The notes under the pieces were generated by a model. It was not told the DNA's origin. It made no database searches and saw only the letters and a list, made by a program, of their open reading frames with translations. This document shows positions 1 to 8,683 of a DNA stretch of 64,000 bases, in pieces. The DNA is from a virus. Every line of letters starts with the position of its first letter. Position 1 is the first letter of the stretch. The position numbers and the translations under genes were made by a program. The DNA is taken from the IMG/VR virus record IMGVR_UViG_3300032236_000718, positions 32,001 through 96,000 of that record; one strand, given 5' to 3'.

Positions 1-1
1 T

Positions 2-586
2 ATTTCAGATTATAGTGATCTTTATAAACACAAGAAAGCTTTGTGGCTTACTCTCATGTCAGTTAATATTCTAGAAGGTGTTCGCTTCTATGTAAGCTTT
101 GCCTGCTCTTGGGCTTTTGCTGAGGTAAAGAAGATGGAGGGTAATGCTAAGATCATCAAGCTAATTGCCCGTGATGAGAACCTTCATCTTGCAGGTACAC
201 AGCAACTACTTAAGGTACTACCGACTGATGATCCTGACTTTGCTAAGATACGTGAAGAGACAAAGGATGAGTGCATCAAGATGTTTGTTGACGCAGTCAA
301 TCAAGAGAAAGCATGGGCTAACTATCTATTCAAGGATGGCTCAATGATAGGCTTAAATGAAGCTCTTTTGGTTGAATATATAGAGTGGATAGGGCACAAG
401 AGAATGACCGCAGTCGGTCTTCCATGTCCTTATAAAACCGGGTCTAATCCTCTGCCGTGGACGCAGAAGTGGATCAGCGGTGCTGAAGTTCAAGTAGCTC
501 CACAAGAAACTGAGATCACCAGCTATATTGGCGGTGGCGTTAAGAAGGATGTTAATAATGATTCGTTTAAAGGTTTTTCTCTTTAG
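2..586 (+). CDS. nrdB: Ribonucleotide reductase class Ia beta subunit (5'-truncated by window)
   Basis: LEGVRFYVSFACSWAF, IARDENLH iron-ligand motif and C-terminal VQVAPQETEITSY tail; frame open from window start. Confidence 0.96.
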   Translation: MSDYSDLYKHKKALWLTLMSVNILEGVRFYVSFACSWAFAEVKKMEGNAKIIKLIARDENLHLAGTQQLLKVLPTDDPDFAKIREETKDECIKMFVDAVNQEKAWANYLFKDGSMIGLNEALLVEYIEWIGHKRMTAVGLPCPYKTGSNPLPWTQKWISGAEVQVAPQETEITSYIGGGVKKDVNNDSFKGFSL

Positions 587-1361
587 TCTATTAATCGCTG
601 CATCAGCGTATGCTGCTGATCAGCAACCACCAAAACCAGTTGATACTTGTAAAGTACAGGTACCCTACGGACAACCATCAACAGTTTCAGGTCATCCTGT
701 TATTTGTCGTAATGCTTACATACTCGAATCCGATCCCGTTGCCAAGATTCCTAACTGGGTCGCATGGACACTTACACCTGACCATGCCATCGGTTGTGTT
801 GCTCGTACTAATGCTTTCGCAACTGACCAATCTCTTTTAACAGTTGGTCACGCAACGCCAGCTGACTATGCAGGATCTGGTTATGACCAAGGTCACTTAG
901 CTAATGATGCAGACATGTCATGGGATCCACAAGTAGAGCATGAGTCATTCTATATGTCTAACATGAGTCCACAGTTACCATCAGTTAATCGTGGCACATG
1001 GAAGAACCTTGAGTCTGCTGAGCGCGCATGGGTGTATAAGCTTAAGCATCCATTCACTATAATTGCTGGTAATATCTACTCAGCTAATGATAAGACTATT
1101 GGTCTTAATAAAGTTGTAGTTCCTGACTATCTCTTTAAGATTGTTACTGATGACACTACTAAGCAGACATATGCATTTTTGTTTCCACACAAAGATGGAC
1201 TAGACGCCGATTTCACTAAATACCAGGTGACGGTTGCCGACGTAGAGAAGGCGAGCGGTATCACATTCTCTATTCCTGATGCTAAGACAGTGAAGAACAA
1301 GGTCCCAGAAACGGATCTCAAGACTCTCGCAGACGACAAGAAAAAGCAATGTAAGGAGTAA
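558..1361 (+). CDS. DNA/RNA non-specific endonuclease (NucA/EndoG beta-beta-alpha-Me family) with signal peptide
   Basis: YDQGHLA (DRGH-type motif), SFYMSNMSPQ, NRGTWKNLE, VVVPDYLFKIV; ATG 558 follows AAGAAGGA and begins MIRLKVFLFSLLIAASAYA. Confidence 0.9.
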   Translation: MIRLKVFLFSLLIAASAYAADQQPPKPVDTCKVQVPYGQPSTVSGHPVICRNAYILESDPVAKIPNWVAWTLTPDHAIGCVARTNAFATDQSLLTVGHATPADYAGSGYDQGHLANDADMSWDPQVEHESFYMSNMSPQLPSVNRGTWKNLESAERAWVYKLKHPFTIIAGNIYSANDKTIGLNKVVVPDYLFKIVTDDTTKQTYAFLFPHKDGLDADFTKYQVTVADVEKASGITFSIPDAKTVKNKVPETDLKTLADDKKKQCKE

Positions 1362-1364
1362 CAA

Positions 1365-1619
1365 ATGGCCGACATAGAAATGGAAGACCTCATCAACATT
1401 CTTAAGGATACTGTTGATGATGAAGCGCAACGCACCAACATTTACCACGACCTAATCAACCTCTTCATCTCTGAAGGTGAAGACGACTTCGGCGACGTAG
1501 TCGGCATGGATGATGCATTTGATACCGCTCATGATGAAATCGAAGCTAATATGACTATTGAAGAGTCAGACTACGATGAAGAAGATGAGGAAGAACTCGA
1601 CGAAGAAGACGAAGAGTAA
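1365..1619 (+). CDS. Very acidic small protein
   Basis: 84 aa, roughly 36 D/E versus 2 K/R; AAGGAG RBS. Confidence 0.8.
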   Translation: MADIEMEDLINILKDTVDDEAQRTNIYHDLINLFISEGEDDFGDVVGMDDAFDTAHDEIEANMTIEESDYDEEDEEELDEEDEE

Positions 1620-1624
1620 TACTC

Positions 1625-2383
1625 GTGAATAGGTATCGCACCGTCTTTATATCTGACACTCATCTTGGAACTAAGATGAGCCAGTCTAGATTCCTATTAG
1701 ACTTTCTTAAATCATTTGAGTGCGATACCTTATATCTTGTTGGCGATATTATCGATGGCTGGGCGATGCACAAGAGCTTCTACTGGCCACAAGAGCATAA
1801 TGACGTTATACAGAAATTAATGCGTAAGGCTCGTAAGGGCACCAAGATAGTCTATCTTCCTGGTAACCATGACGAGTTCTTACGCAGTTTCTGTGACACC
1901 ACATTTGGTGAGATATCACTTGTAGATAAAGATATTCACACCGGTGTAGATGGCAAGAAGTATCTGGTCATGCACGGTGATCAGTTCGACGTTGTAGTAA
2001 ACAACATGAAGTGGTTATCACACCTTGGTAGCTGGGCATATGACGTGACTATTGACATTAATGTCCTATTGTCAAAGTTTAGATCCATGCTAGGCAGACC
2101 ATACTGGTCACTCAGCGCGTGGGCAAAGTACAAGGTAAAGACCGCAGTCAACTTTATAGGTGACTACGAAGAGAACCTAACATCCTATGCTAATAGCAAG
2201 GGAGCAGATGGTATAATCTGTGGGCACATTCATCATCCAAACATACGTGACATCGACGGAATTACATATATAAACTGTGGCGACTGGTGTGAGACCTGTA
2301 GCGCTGTAGTCGAGCACCTCGATGGTACGATGGAAGTGATAATGTGGAATGAGTTACGAGAATCCATGGACGTTCAACAATAA
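1625..2383 (+). CDS. Calcineurin-like metallophosphoesterase (UDP-2,3-diacylglucosamine hydrolase-like)
   Basis: SDTHLG, GDIIDGW, GNHD, HGD, GHIH motifs. Confidence 0.88.
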   Translation: MNRYRTVFISDTHLGTKMSQSRFLLDFLKSFECDTLYLVGDIIDGWAMHKSFYWPQEHNDVIQKLMRKARKGTKIVYLPGNHDEFLRSFCDTTFGEISLVDKDIHTGVDGKKYLVMHGDQFDVVVNNMKWLSHLGSWAYDVTIDINVLLSKFRSMLGRPYWSLSAWAKYKVKTAVNFIGDYEENLTSYANSKGADGIICGHIHHPNIRDIDGITYINCGDWCETCSAVVEHLDGTMEVIMWNELRESMDVQQ

Positions 2384-2768
2384 TGTAGTCGACTCAGAGA
2401 TCCTAGAGAACTATATAGGATTTGTATACATTATCACGAACCTCACAAACAATAAGAAATATATAGGCAAGAAGCTTCTAAAGAAGTCAAAGACACGCCA
2501 AGTTAAGGGTAAAAAGAAGCGCTCACAAGTTGAGTCTGACTGGAAAGACTACTATGGATCCAATAAAGATCTATTAGTCGAGTTGAACAGCGAGGGCATG
2601 GCTGCTGGTAACTTTAAGCGTGAGATACTCAGACTCTGTAAGACCAAGGGTGAGTGCACTTACTATGAAGCTAAAGCACAGTTCGATGCAGACGTGCTAA
2701 ATAAAGATGACTATTATAACGGTTGGATCATAGCCAAGGTTAGTAGGAGTCATCTACCAAAGAATTAG
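2349..2768 (+). CDS. Short GIY-YIG nuclease-family protein (T4 NrdA.1-like)
   Basis: GFVYIITNLTNNKKYIGKK, YYGS, FKREILRLC, YYN. Confidence 0.8.
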   Translation: MSYENPWTFNNNVVDSEILENYIGFVYIITNLTNNKKYIGKKLLKKSKTRQVKGKKKRSQVESDWKDYYGSNKDLLVELNSEGMAAGNFKREILRLCKTKGECTYYEAKAQFDADVLNKDDYYNGWIIAKVSRSHLPKN

Positions 2769-2857
2769 GAGAGTTGGCCGAGCGGCTTAAGGCACCTCAC
2801 TGCTAACGAGACGTACTAGAGATAGTACCGAGAGTTCGAATCTCTCACTCTCCGCCA
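2768..2857 (+). tRNA. tRNA-Ser(GCT)
   Basis: GGAGAGT/ACTCTCC acceptor, G73, encoded CCA, loop CT-GCT-AA, long variable arm, TTCGAAT T-loop. Confidence 0.93.
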
Positions 2858-2858
2858 C

Positions 2859-2866
2859 TATAAATA
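2859..2866 (+). promoter_or_regulatory. T4-type late promoter TATAAATA
   Basis: Exact TATAAATA upstream of the ATG at 2890. Confidence 0.8.
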
Positions 2867-2889
2867 GATGATCTAAGAGGGGTACATCT

Positions 2890-3648
2890 ATGAAGTCACT
2901 AATAAAAACCATGAAGAAGGTTGTACGTGAAGAGCGCGGCCTTCCACTCAATGAGACCAAGATTAGTCTTGAGTACCATGATGAACTTAATCCAAAGTTA
3001 TGGAATGGCTGGGAACTAAAGCCAGAAGTCAGACAGAAACTCTTAGACTTTGCCAAGACATGGGCTTTGTTTGCCAAGATACAACCAAGCATGATTAAAG
3101 ATATCATCATGATCGGTGGCAACACGAACTATAACTACACTCCTAAATCAGATATCGATGTGCACCTCGTGATAGATAGAAACAAGGTTAATCCTGATCG
3201 TGAGTTTGTCGATGAGTACCTACAGGCCAAAAAGGTATTATGGACGATGACACACAACGTCACAGTACTTGGTTATCCTATTGAGCCGTATGCTCAGGAC
3301 TCAGAGCAGTCACACGCAGCAGGCCAAGGTGTGTTCAGCCTCAAGAGAAACATGTGGATTCAGAAGCCTAATCATCAGAAGCTGGACTTTAAGTCTGATA
3401 AGAATCTCAAGAAGAAGGTCATGTTCTATGCCCACATGATCGATGATATGATTAAGAATAAGATGGATGCAGACGTATTCAATGACCTAAGGAAAAAGAT
3501 GGCAGACATGAGATCTGCCGGTATCGCCAAGGGTGGTGAGTTTAGCTTCGAGAATCTGGTATTCAAGGAGCTCCGTAACCGTGGATATCTTGACAAGATG
3601 AATAACTACGAGAAGACAATGAAGGACCAGCAACTTAGCCTAAAATAA
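2890..3648 (+). CDS. Pol-beta superfamily nucleotidyltransferase
   Basis: IIMIGGNTNYNYTPKSDIDVHL matches hG[GS]x9-13DhD; third acid in PIEPY; GAGGGG RBS. Confidence 0.8.
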   Translation: MKSLIKTMKKVVREERGLPLNETKISLEYHDELNPKLWNGWELKPEVRQKLLDFAKTWALFAKIQPSMIKDIIMIGGNTNYNYTPKSDIDVHLVIDRNKVNPDREFVDEYLQAKKVLWTMTHNVTVLGYPIEPYAQDSEQSHAAGQGVFSLKRNMWIQKPNHQKLDFKSDKNLKKKVMFYAHMIDDMIKNKMDADVFNDLRKKMADMRSAGIAKGGEFSFENLVFKELRNRGYLDKMNNYEKTMKDQQLSLK

Positions 3649-3651
3649 AGG

Positions 3652-3680
3652 TGTACATTATGAAAATTATGATATATAGT
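3652..3680 (+). promoter_or_regulatory. Early promoter TGTACA-N17-TATAGT
   Basis: Member of the TGTACA -35 promoter family. Confidence 0.75.
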
Positions 3681-3766
3681 GAACTTGAGATGCTAGTTAG
3701 GGAAGACATGATGAGAAATGGTTTTGACCCTGACACAGAGATTGAATTATATTGGAGTACTAGACT

Positions 3767-4036
3767 ATGATCAACCATGTTGAACTATACACAAAGCCTG
3801 ACTGTCCTTACTGCACGCGTGCAAAGCACCTGCTAAAGACTATGAACATCCCATTTAATGAGCAGATGCTCGACCGAGACTTTACGCGTGAGATTCTTCT
3901 AGAGAAGTTCCCTCACGCTAAGTCGTATCCACTAGTAGTGATCGATGGATTCCATATCGGTGGTTACTCTCAGCTTGAAGAGAAGATCAACGAGGAATAC
4001 AAGAGTGACAAGCAATTGCTTAATGAGGGAGAGTGA
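3767..4036 (+). CDS. Glutaredoxin
   Basis: CPYC active site, SYPLVVIDGFHIGGY. Confidence 0.93.
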   Translation: MINHVELYTKPDCPYCTRAKHLLKTMNIPFNEQMLDRDFTREILLEKFPHAKSYPLVVIDGFHIGGYSQLEEKINEEYKSDKQLLNEGE

Positions 4037-4037
4037 C

Positions 4038-4313
4038 ATGACGATGCAGTATACAAGGCAGAACCTATTGAATGACTTGAAGCTTCACGCTATTGAAGTT
4101 CGATTCACTAAGGTCAATGGCGAGAAGCGTGTCATGCACTGCACTCTGCAGCCACACTTACTTCCTCCTCAGACTGATATTCAGAAGCTTGAGGAGGCAC
4201 ACGACAAGAACAGCAACACAGACACTATTGCTGTGTGGGACTTACAAAATGGCGGTTGGCGCTCATTCCGTGTAGACTCGGTTGAGTATGTTCAAGCAAT
4301 TGATGGATATTGA
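4038..4313 (+). CDS. Sm-like/SH3-fold (WYL_2-like) phage protein
   Basis: VRFTKVNGEKRVMHCTL...VWDLQNGGWRSFR; start placed at ATG 4038 after GAGGGAG. Confidence 0.75.
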   Translation: MTMQYTRQNLLNDLKLHAIEVRFTKVNGEKRVMHCTLQPHLLPPQTDIQKLEEAHDKNSNTDTIAVWDLQNGGWRSFRVDSVEYVQAIDGY

Positions 4314-4314
4314 T

Positions 4315-4650
4315 ATGGCTAAGAAACTCGTGTTAGTTACTACTATCAGCACATTTGCTCACTCATACGTCTTTAGTGAAGAAGAGGGTGTTCCTAGTGA
4401 ATTAGTGCTGGACTTTATTGGTGATGATTCAGTCACTGAGATGTCGCAAACATGGATCGGTGAGCAAGTTATTGGACACCGAGACATTACATTTGAAGAG
4501 TACTTGCAGTTGTTTGACAAAGAGAATGACTATCTTAAGGACTGGACTACTGAGCAAAAGCTTAAGTTTATCATGGATCCAGAAGAGTTAGAACAAAAAA
4601 TGCAGGATCGTGTGAAAGAGCAGATGGTATCTGTGGCTATAGGATTATAA
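4315..4650 (+). CDS. Hypothetical protein
   Basis: Fills operon gap; start adjusted to MAKKLVLV. Confidence 0.7.
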   Translation: MAKKLVLVTTISTFAHSYVFSEEEGVPSELVLDFIGDDSVTEMSQTWIGEQVIGHRDITFEEYLQLFDKENDYLKDWTTEQKLKFIMDPEELEQKMQDRVKEQMVSVAIGL

Positions 4651-4651
4651 C

Positions 4652-5614
4652 ATGACAAATAAAATATGGGGTCAATCTTTTGGCTATCACTATACAGTAG
4701 AGGGATCTAACTGTGATGTAGATAGTCTTAAATCATTTGACAAAGCACAACAGTTTTTAACAGAACTGTTGTTAGTTTATTCTGCTTATCCGATCATGGC
4801 ATCAGGTTATCCAAATGTTTTTAAGTATGCTCCGGACTCTGATGCATTAGCTATACACCAAGCTTTAGTCACTGGCATGATTAGTATCTACACTAATCCA
4901 AGTGATGCTACAATCTATTTTGACATGATGGTTAATAGGTCATTTAATCCAGAACCTGTAATAGAGATGCTGGCCAAGTATTTTGGTATGAAAGTCTATA
5001 AGACTAATCATATGCGTCGTCAAGCAGATCTTAAACATATATTCACTGGTAAAAATGAAGATGATATCATAAATCATATCATCACTGGACCTAATGTGAC
5101 GTTTAATGATATATTTGCGAGAGCATTACCAGATGGTCTCGTACTTGAGTTTGGTGTTGCGGAGGGTAAGTCTATTAGAGAGATGGCTGCAGCGGCACCA
5201 GATAGAAAGATCTGGGGATTTGACTCATTCCAAGGATTGCCAGAAGACTGGAAAGAAGATGTTGGCAAGGGTGCTTTTGCTTGTGATCCACCAACAGACT
5301 TAGCTGACAATGTCGAGTTAGTCGTCGGTTGGTTTAATGAGACACTAGAGCAATGGGCTGCAAATAATCCAGGCCATTTGTCTGTCATTCATCTTGATGC
5401 AGACCTATACTCATCGACAGACTATGTGATGCGTACACTCGAGGACAGGTTCGTCGATGGTACAATCATCGTATTTGACGAGATACACGGGCATCCTGAC
5501 CATAAAGACCACGAGTATAAGAACTTCCTAGAGTTCCTAGATCGCACTGGCTTTAAGTGGGAATGCTTAGGGCAACGCACGGGCGAAGCAGCCGCCTTTA
5601 GGATCTATAAATAA
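4652..5614 (+). CDS. Fusion of inactive AdoMetDC-like domain and TylF/MycF-like class I SAM methyltransferase
   Basis: N-terminal ~125 aa align with the adjacent SpeD; C-terminal LEFGVAEGKS, GFDSFQGLPE, VVGWFNETL, HLDADLYSST, IVFDE. Confidence 0.82.
   Translation: MTNKIWGQSFGYHYTVEGSNCDVDSLKSFDKAQQFLTELLLVYSAYPIMASGYPNVFKYAPDSDALAIHQALVTGMISIYTNPSDATIYFDMMVNRSFNPEPVIEMLAKYFGMKVYKTNHMRRQADLKHIFTGKNEDDIINHIITGPNVTFNDIFARALPDGLVLEFGVAEGKSIREMAAAAPDRKIWGFDSFQGLPEDWKEDVGKGAFACDPPTDLADNVELVVGWFNETLEQWAANNPGHLSVIHLDADLYSSTDYVMRTLEDRFVDGTIIVFDEIHGHPDHKDHEYKNFLEFLDRTGFKWECLGQRTGEAAAFRIYK
5606..5613 (+). promoter_or_regulatory. Late promoter TATAAATA
   Basis: Exact match upstream of speD. Confidence 0.65.
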
Positions 5615-5650
5615 AATCACCTTAAACAATGTACATAGGAGTACTGATAA

Positions 5651-6031
5651 ATGAGTGACTACTGGGGATATCACCTCGTTCTTGACGCATCAGGTTGTGA
5701 TGCAGCATCTATCGCATCTGCTGAGAATATCACAGCCTTTGCAAAGCAATTAGTTGTAGACATCGACATGGTTCCATATGGTGAGCCACAGGTTGTTAAC
5801 TTTGGTAGTGGTAACAAGCAAGGTTATACTCTCGTTCAACTCATTGAGACGTCAAATATCTGCGCACACTTTGTAGAAGAGAATAATACATTCTATCTCG
5901 ACGTGTTCTCGTGTAAGCCATACGATCCTGTAATCGTTATTGAGTTGACAAAGCAATACTTCAAGCACACTAACTATCGCACTGCGTTCCTTGAACGACA
6001 GGCACCACCTTCGGTAGAACCTACCAACTGA
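5651..6031 (+). CDS. speD: S-adenosylmethionine decarboxylase proenzyme (pyruvoyl-dependent, phage type)
   Basis: GYHLVLDASGC, QLIETSNICAH cleavage segment, YLDVFSCKPYD. Confidence 0.88.
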   Translation: MSDYWGYHLVLDASGCDAASIASAENITAFAKQLVVDIDMVPYGEPQVVNFGSGNKQGYTLVQLIETSNICAHFVEENNTFYLDVFSCKPYDPVIVIELTKQYFKHTNYRTAFLERQAPPSVEPTN

Positions 6032-6051
6032 TAAACACTTTTGAGGATGAT

Positions 6052-7059
6052 ATGACTGAACAATATAATGCTTTTGAAGAGAATGAAATTTCAAAGAACT
6101 CACAAGGCGGCACAGAGATCACTAAGCGATCAATTGCTGCCTTGGTTGATCCAGAGTTAGCCAGTAACTTCCAGGTTATTCCTGCACGAGTTCGTGAGCT
6201 ACAAGACGATAAGATCCGTGTATACTGGCTGCATGACTTGGCTGAAGATCCTGAGGCTAATCACTTACAGAATGCCAATAGCCGTGATCGCTTCCATAAG
6301 TTTGTGTTCTCGAGCAACTGGCAATACCAACAGTATGTCGATAAGCTTGGCTTTCCACAAACAGTAGATGCTATCGTACTTGAGACACCTATCGAACCAT
6401 TCGAGCGTGTAGAGAAGAGCAAGGATGAAGTGCGTCTTATCTATTTCTCAACACCACACCGTGGATTAGAGTTGTTAGTTCCTGTGTTTGAGGAACTCGC
6501 AAAGCATCACGATAACATTCATCTCGATGTTTTCTCTAGCTATAAGATCTATGGTTGGGAAGATGCAGATGAGAAGTACGAGGCACTATTCGATCGTATC
6601 CGCAATCATCCAAAGATGACTTATCATGGATTCCAGCCTAATGACGTATTGCGTGATGCTGTCAGCAAGGCACACGTCTTAGCATATCCATCTATTTGGG
6701 CTGAGACGAGCTGCCGCGTATTGATGGAGTCGATGAGTGCCGGTCTGTTGTGTGTGCATCCTAACTTCGGTGCATTGGCTGACACGTCTGGTGGACTGAC
6801 ATCAATGTATCCATATGACACTAATCCAAATACTCACGCCAATATCTTCTACGCACATCTCAATGAGGCAGTCAACATTGTCAACACTGAGAATGCGCAG
6901 AACTATCTTGGCTTTGTTAAGTCATACGCTGATGCACGATTCAATATTCAAAAGGTATCTAGCCAATGGAATGCAATGATGCAGGGTCTATTGAAGCAAT
7001 ACCCAGACGCAGAGTCTAGAGCATTGAAGAAGAAAGAGATGTTTAGGTATAAAGTCTAA
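6052..7059 (+). CDS. GT-B glycosyltransferase (GT4-like)
   Basis: GGTE, WLHD, YFSTPHRGL, YPSIWAETSCRVLMESMSAG (Ex7E motif). Confidence 0.88.
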   Translation: MTEQYNAFEENEISKNSQGGTEITKRSIAALVDPELASNFQVIPARVRELQDDKIRVYWLHDLAEDPEANHLQNANSRDRFHKFVFSSNWQYQQYVDKLGFPQTVDAIVLETPIEPFERVEKSKDEVRLIYFSTPHRGLELLVPVFEELAKHHDNIHLDVFSSYKIYGWEDADEKYEALFDRIRNHPKMTYHGFQPNDVLRDAVSKAHVLAYPSIWAETSCRVLMESMSAGLLCVHPNFGALADTSGGLTSMYPYDTNPNTHANIFYAHLNEAVNIVNTENAQNYLGFVKSYADARFNIQKVSSQWNAMMQGLLKQYPDAESRALKKKEMFRYKV

Positions 7060-8051
7060 TGATTGTTACAAAGACTCCGTTAAGGATATCTTTCTTTGGA
7101 GGTGGAAGTGACATACCGCAGTACTACAACAAGTATCCGGGTATGGTCATCTCCACCTCTATTGATAAGAACATATACATCGCAGCCAATAAATGTCAGG
7201 CTAATCACTTCAAGATCATCTACTCACAGCTCGAGCTGACTAATCATAGGGTAGATATCAAGCATGATCGCATCAAGGCAATCATGGAATACTTTAATGT
7301 GTATGGCAATGTAGAGCTATGCAGCTTCTCTGATATTGACACAAGAGGTAGCGGACTCGGATCATCATCTACGTTTACTGTTGGTAGCCTACATGCTATG
7401 TTCGAGATGCTTGGCAAGAAGACTAATCGTCTTGAGTTAGCTGAGCTCGCGTCACATATCGAGATTAATATGTGCGGTGAGCCGATTGGTAAGCAGGACC
7501 AATATGCTGCAGCGTTTGGTGGTTTTAATGTGATTAGGTTCAACTCATCAGGAGTTGAGGTGAGACCTGTCTTTATTAAGCCATCTGTTGTTGAGGAGCT
7601 AAACGATAACTTATTGTGCTTCAACACTGGTGTCACAAGAGCAGCGTCTTCTGTGCTGAAAGAGCAGGTCAAGGGACTAGAGGGTGGCATTACGCAGAAC
7701 ACAACAATCAATCAGACATCCAGTCTTGTAGATATAGCTGAGGTAGCACTCAAGTATATAGAGAATGGACACTTAGATGACTTTGGTGCACTACTCGATA
7801 CATCATGGCGCATCAAGAAGAAGTTGGCTAAAAGCATATCAAATCCTATCATAGATATAATGTATGAGCAGGGAATGAGCTGCGGTGCACTAGGTGGCAA
7901 GCTGCTCGGTGCAGGAGGCGGTGGCTACATGCTGTTCTATATACCGAAGAGTAAACAGGCACAACTCAGAGAGACTATGGCTGAAGAGGGATATAAACAG
8001 ATGGACTTTAAGTTTACAGACAAGGGATCGACAGTGGAGCTATCAATATGA
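7059..8051 (+). CDS. hddA: GHMP sugar kinase, D-glycero-D-manno-heptose-7-phosphate kinase-like
   Basis: TPLRISFFGGGSD, GSGLGSSS, GKQDQYAAAFGG, GGKLLGAGGGG. Confidence 0.85.
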   Translation: MIVTKTPLRISFFGGGSDIPQYYNKYPGMVISTSIDKNIYIAANKCQANHFKIIYSQLELTNHRVDIKHDRIKAIMEYFNVYGNVELCSFSDIDTRGSGLGSSSTFTVGSLHAMFEMLGKKTNRLELAELASHIEINMCGEPIGKQDQYAAAFGGFNVIRFNSSGVEVRPVFIKPSVVEELNDNLLCFNTGVTRAASSVLKEQVKGLEGGITQNTTINQTSSLVDIAEVALKYIENGHLDDFGALLDTSWRIKKKLAKSISNPIIDIMYEQGMSCGALGGKLLGAGGGGYMLFYIPKSKQAQLRETMAEEGYKQMDFKFTDKGSTVELSI

Positions 8052-8638
8052 TTTTAAGCAAATACATTCACTATCTTAATCAAGCATTAGACACTATCGA
8101 CCAAGGCGATCATGCCGGTATGGTCTTTCATCTAACACACGCTGCTCGCACAAATAAGCCAGTCTATGTGTTTGGTAACGGAGGATCAGCTTCGACAGCA
8201 GACCACTTCGCGTGTGACCACTCAAAGGGTGTTTTAACAGACACAGACTTTATTCCTAATGTTATCAGCTTGAGCTCGAACATGGCATTGTTCTCCGCTC
8301 TAGCTAATGATATCGGTTATGACAGTGTGTTTAGTCACCAGCTCAGACACTTTCCTCGTGATAATGGAATAGCCATCGGTATATCAGCCAGCGGCAACTC
8401 ACAGAACGTACTTAATGGATTAAATCAGGCAAGAGAGATGGGATTCACAACCATTGGTTTGGTTGGATTTGATGGCGGTAAGATGAAGAGCGATAAAATA
8501 TGTGATATGCTAATCCATGTTAAGTCGACAAACTATGGGATTGTTGAGGACTGCCACTCGATCATCATGCATACCACATCTCAGGAGATACGTACAAGCA
8601 ATCTTAAGGGTGACCCTGACCATATCCCCAAACTATAA
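8048..8638 (+). CDS. gmhA: SIS-domain phosphoheptose isomerase
   Basis: FGNGGSASTADH, ALANDIGY, ISASGNSQN, GFDGG, VEDCH. Confidence 0.87.
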   Translation: MILSKYIHYLNQALDTIDQGDHAGMVFHLTHAARTNKPVYVFGNGGSASTADHFACDHSKGVLTDTDFIPNVISLSSNMALFSALANDIGYDSVFSHQLRHFPRDNGIAIGISASGNSQNVLNGLNQAREMGFTTIGLVGFDGGKMKSDKICDMLIHVKSTNYGIVEDCHSIIMHTTSQEIRTSNLKGDPDHIPKL

Positions 8639-8674
8639 ATAACTGTGTACATTATTGCAGACTTGATTTAATAT
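8634..8674 (+). promoter_or_regulatory. Tandem late (TATAAATA 8634) and early (TGTACA 8646-N17-TAATAT) promoters
   Basis: Both consensus elements are visible upstream of 8684. Confidence 0.7.
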
Positions 8675-8683
8675 AGGAATATT

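Noticed and set aside
2349-2768. Mobile homing endonuclease or intron
   Set aside because: Only a short catalytic domain with no DNA-binding tail; neighbouring genes are uninterrupted
3660-3770. 36-aa ORF before glutaredoxin
   Set aside because: Its start lies within the promoter spacer and has no clear RBS; insufficient support
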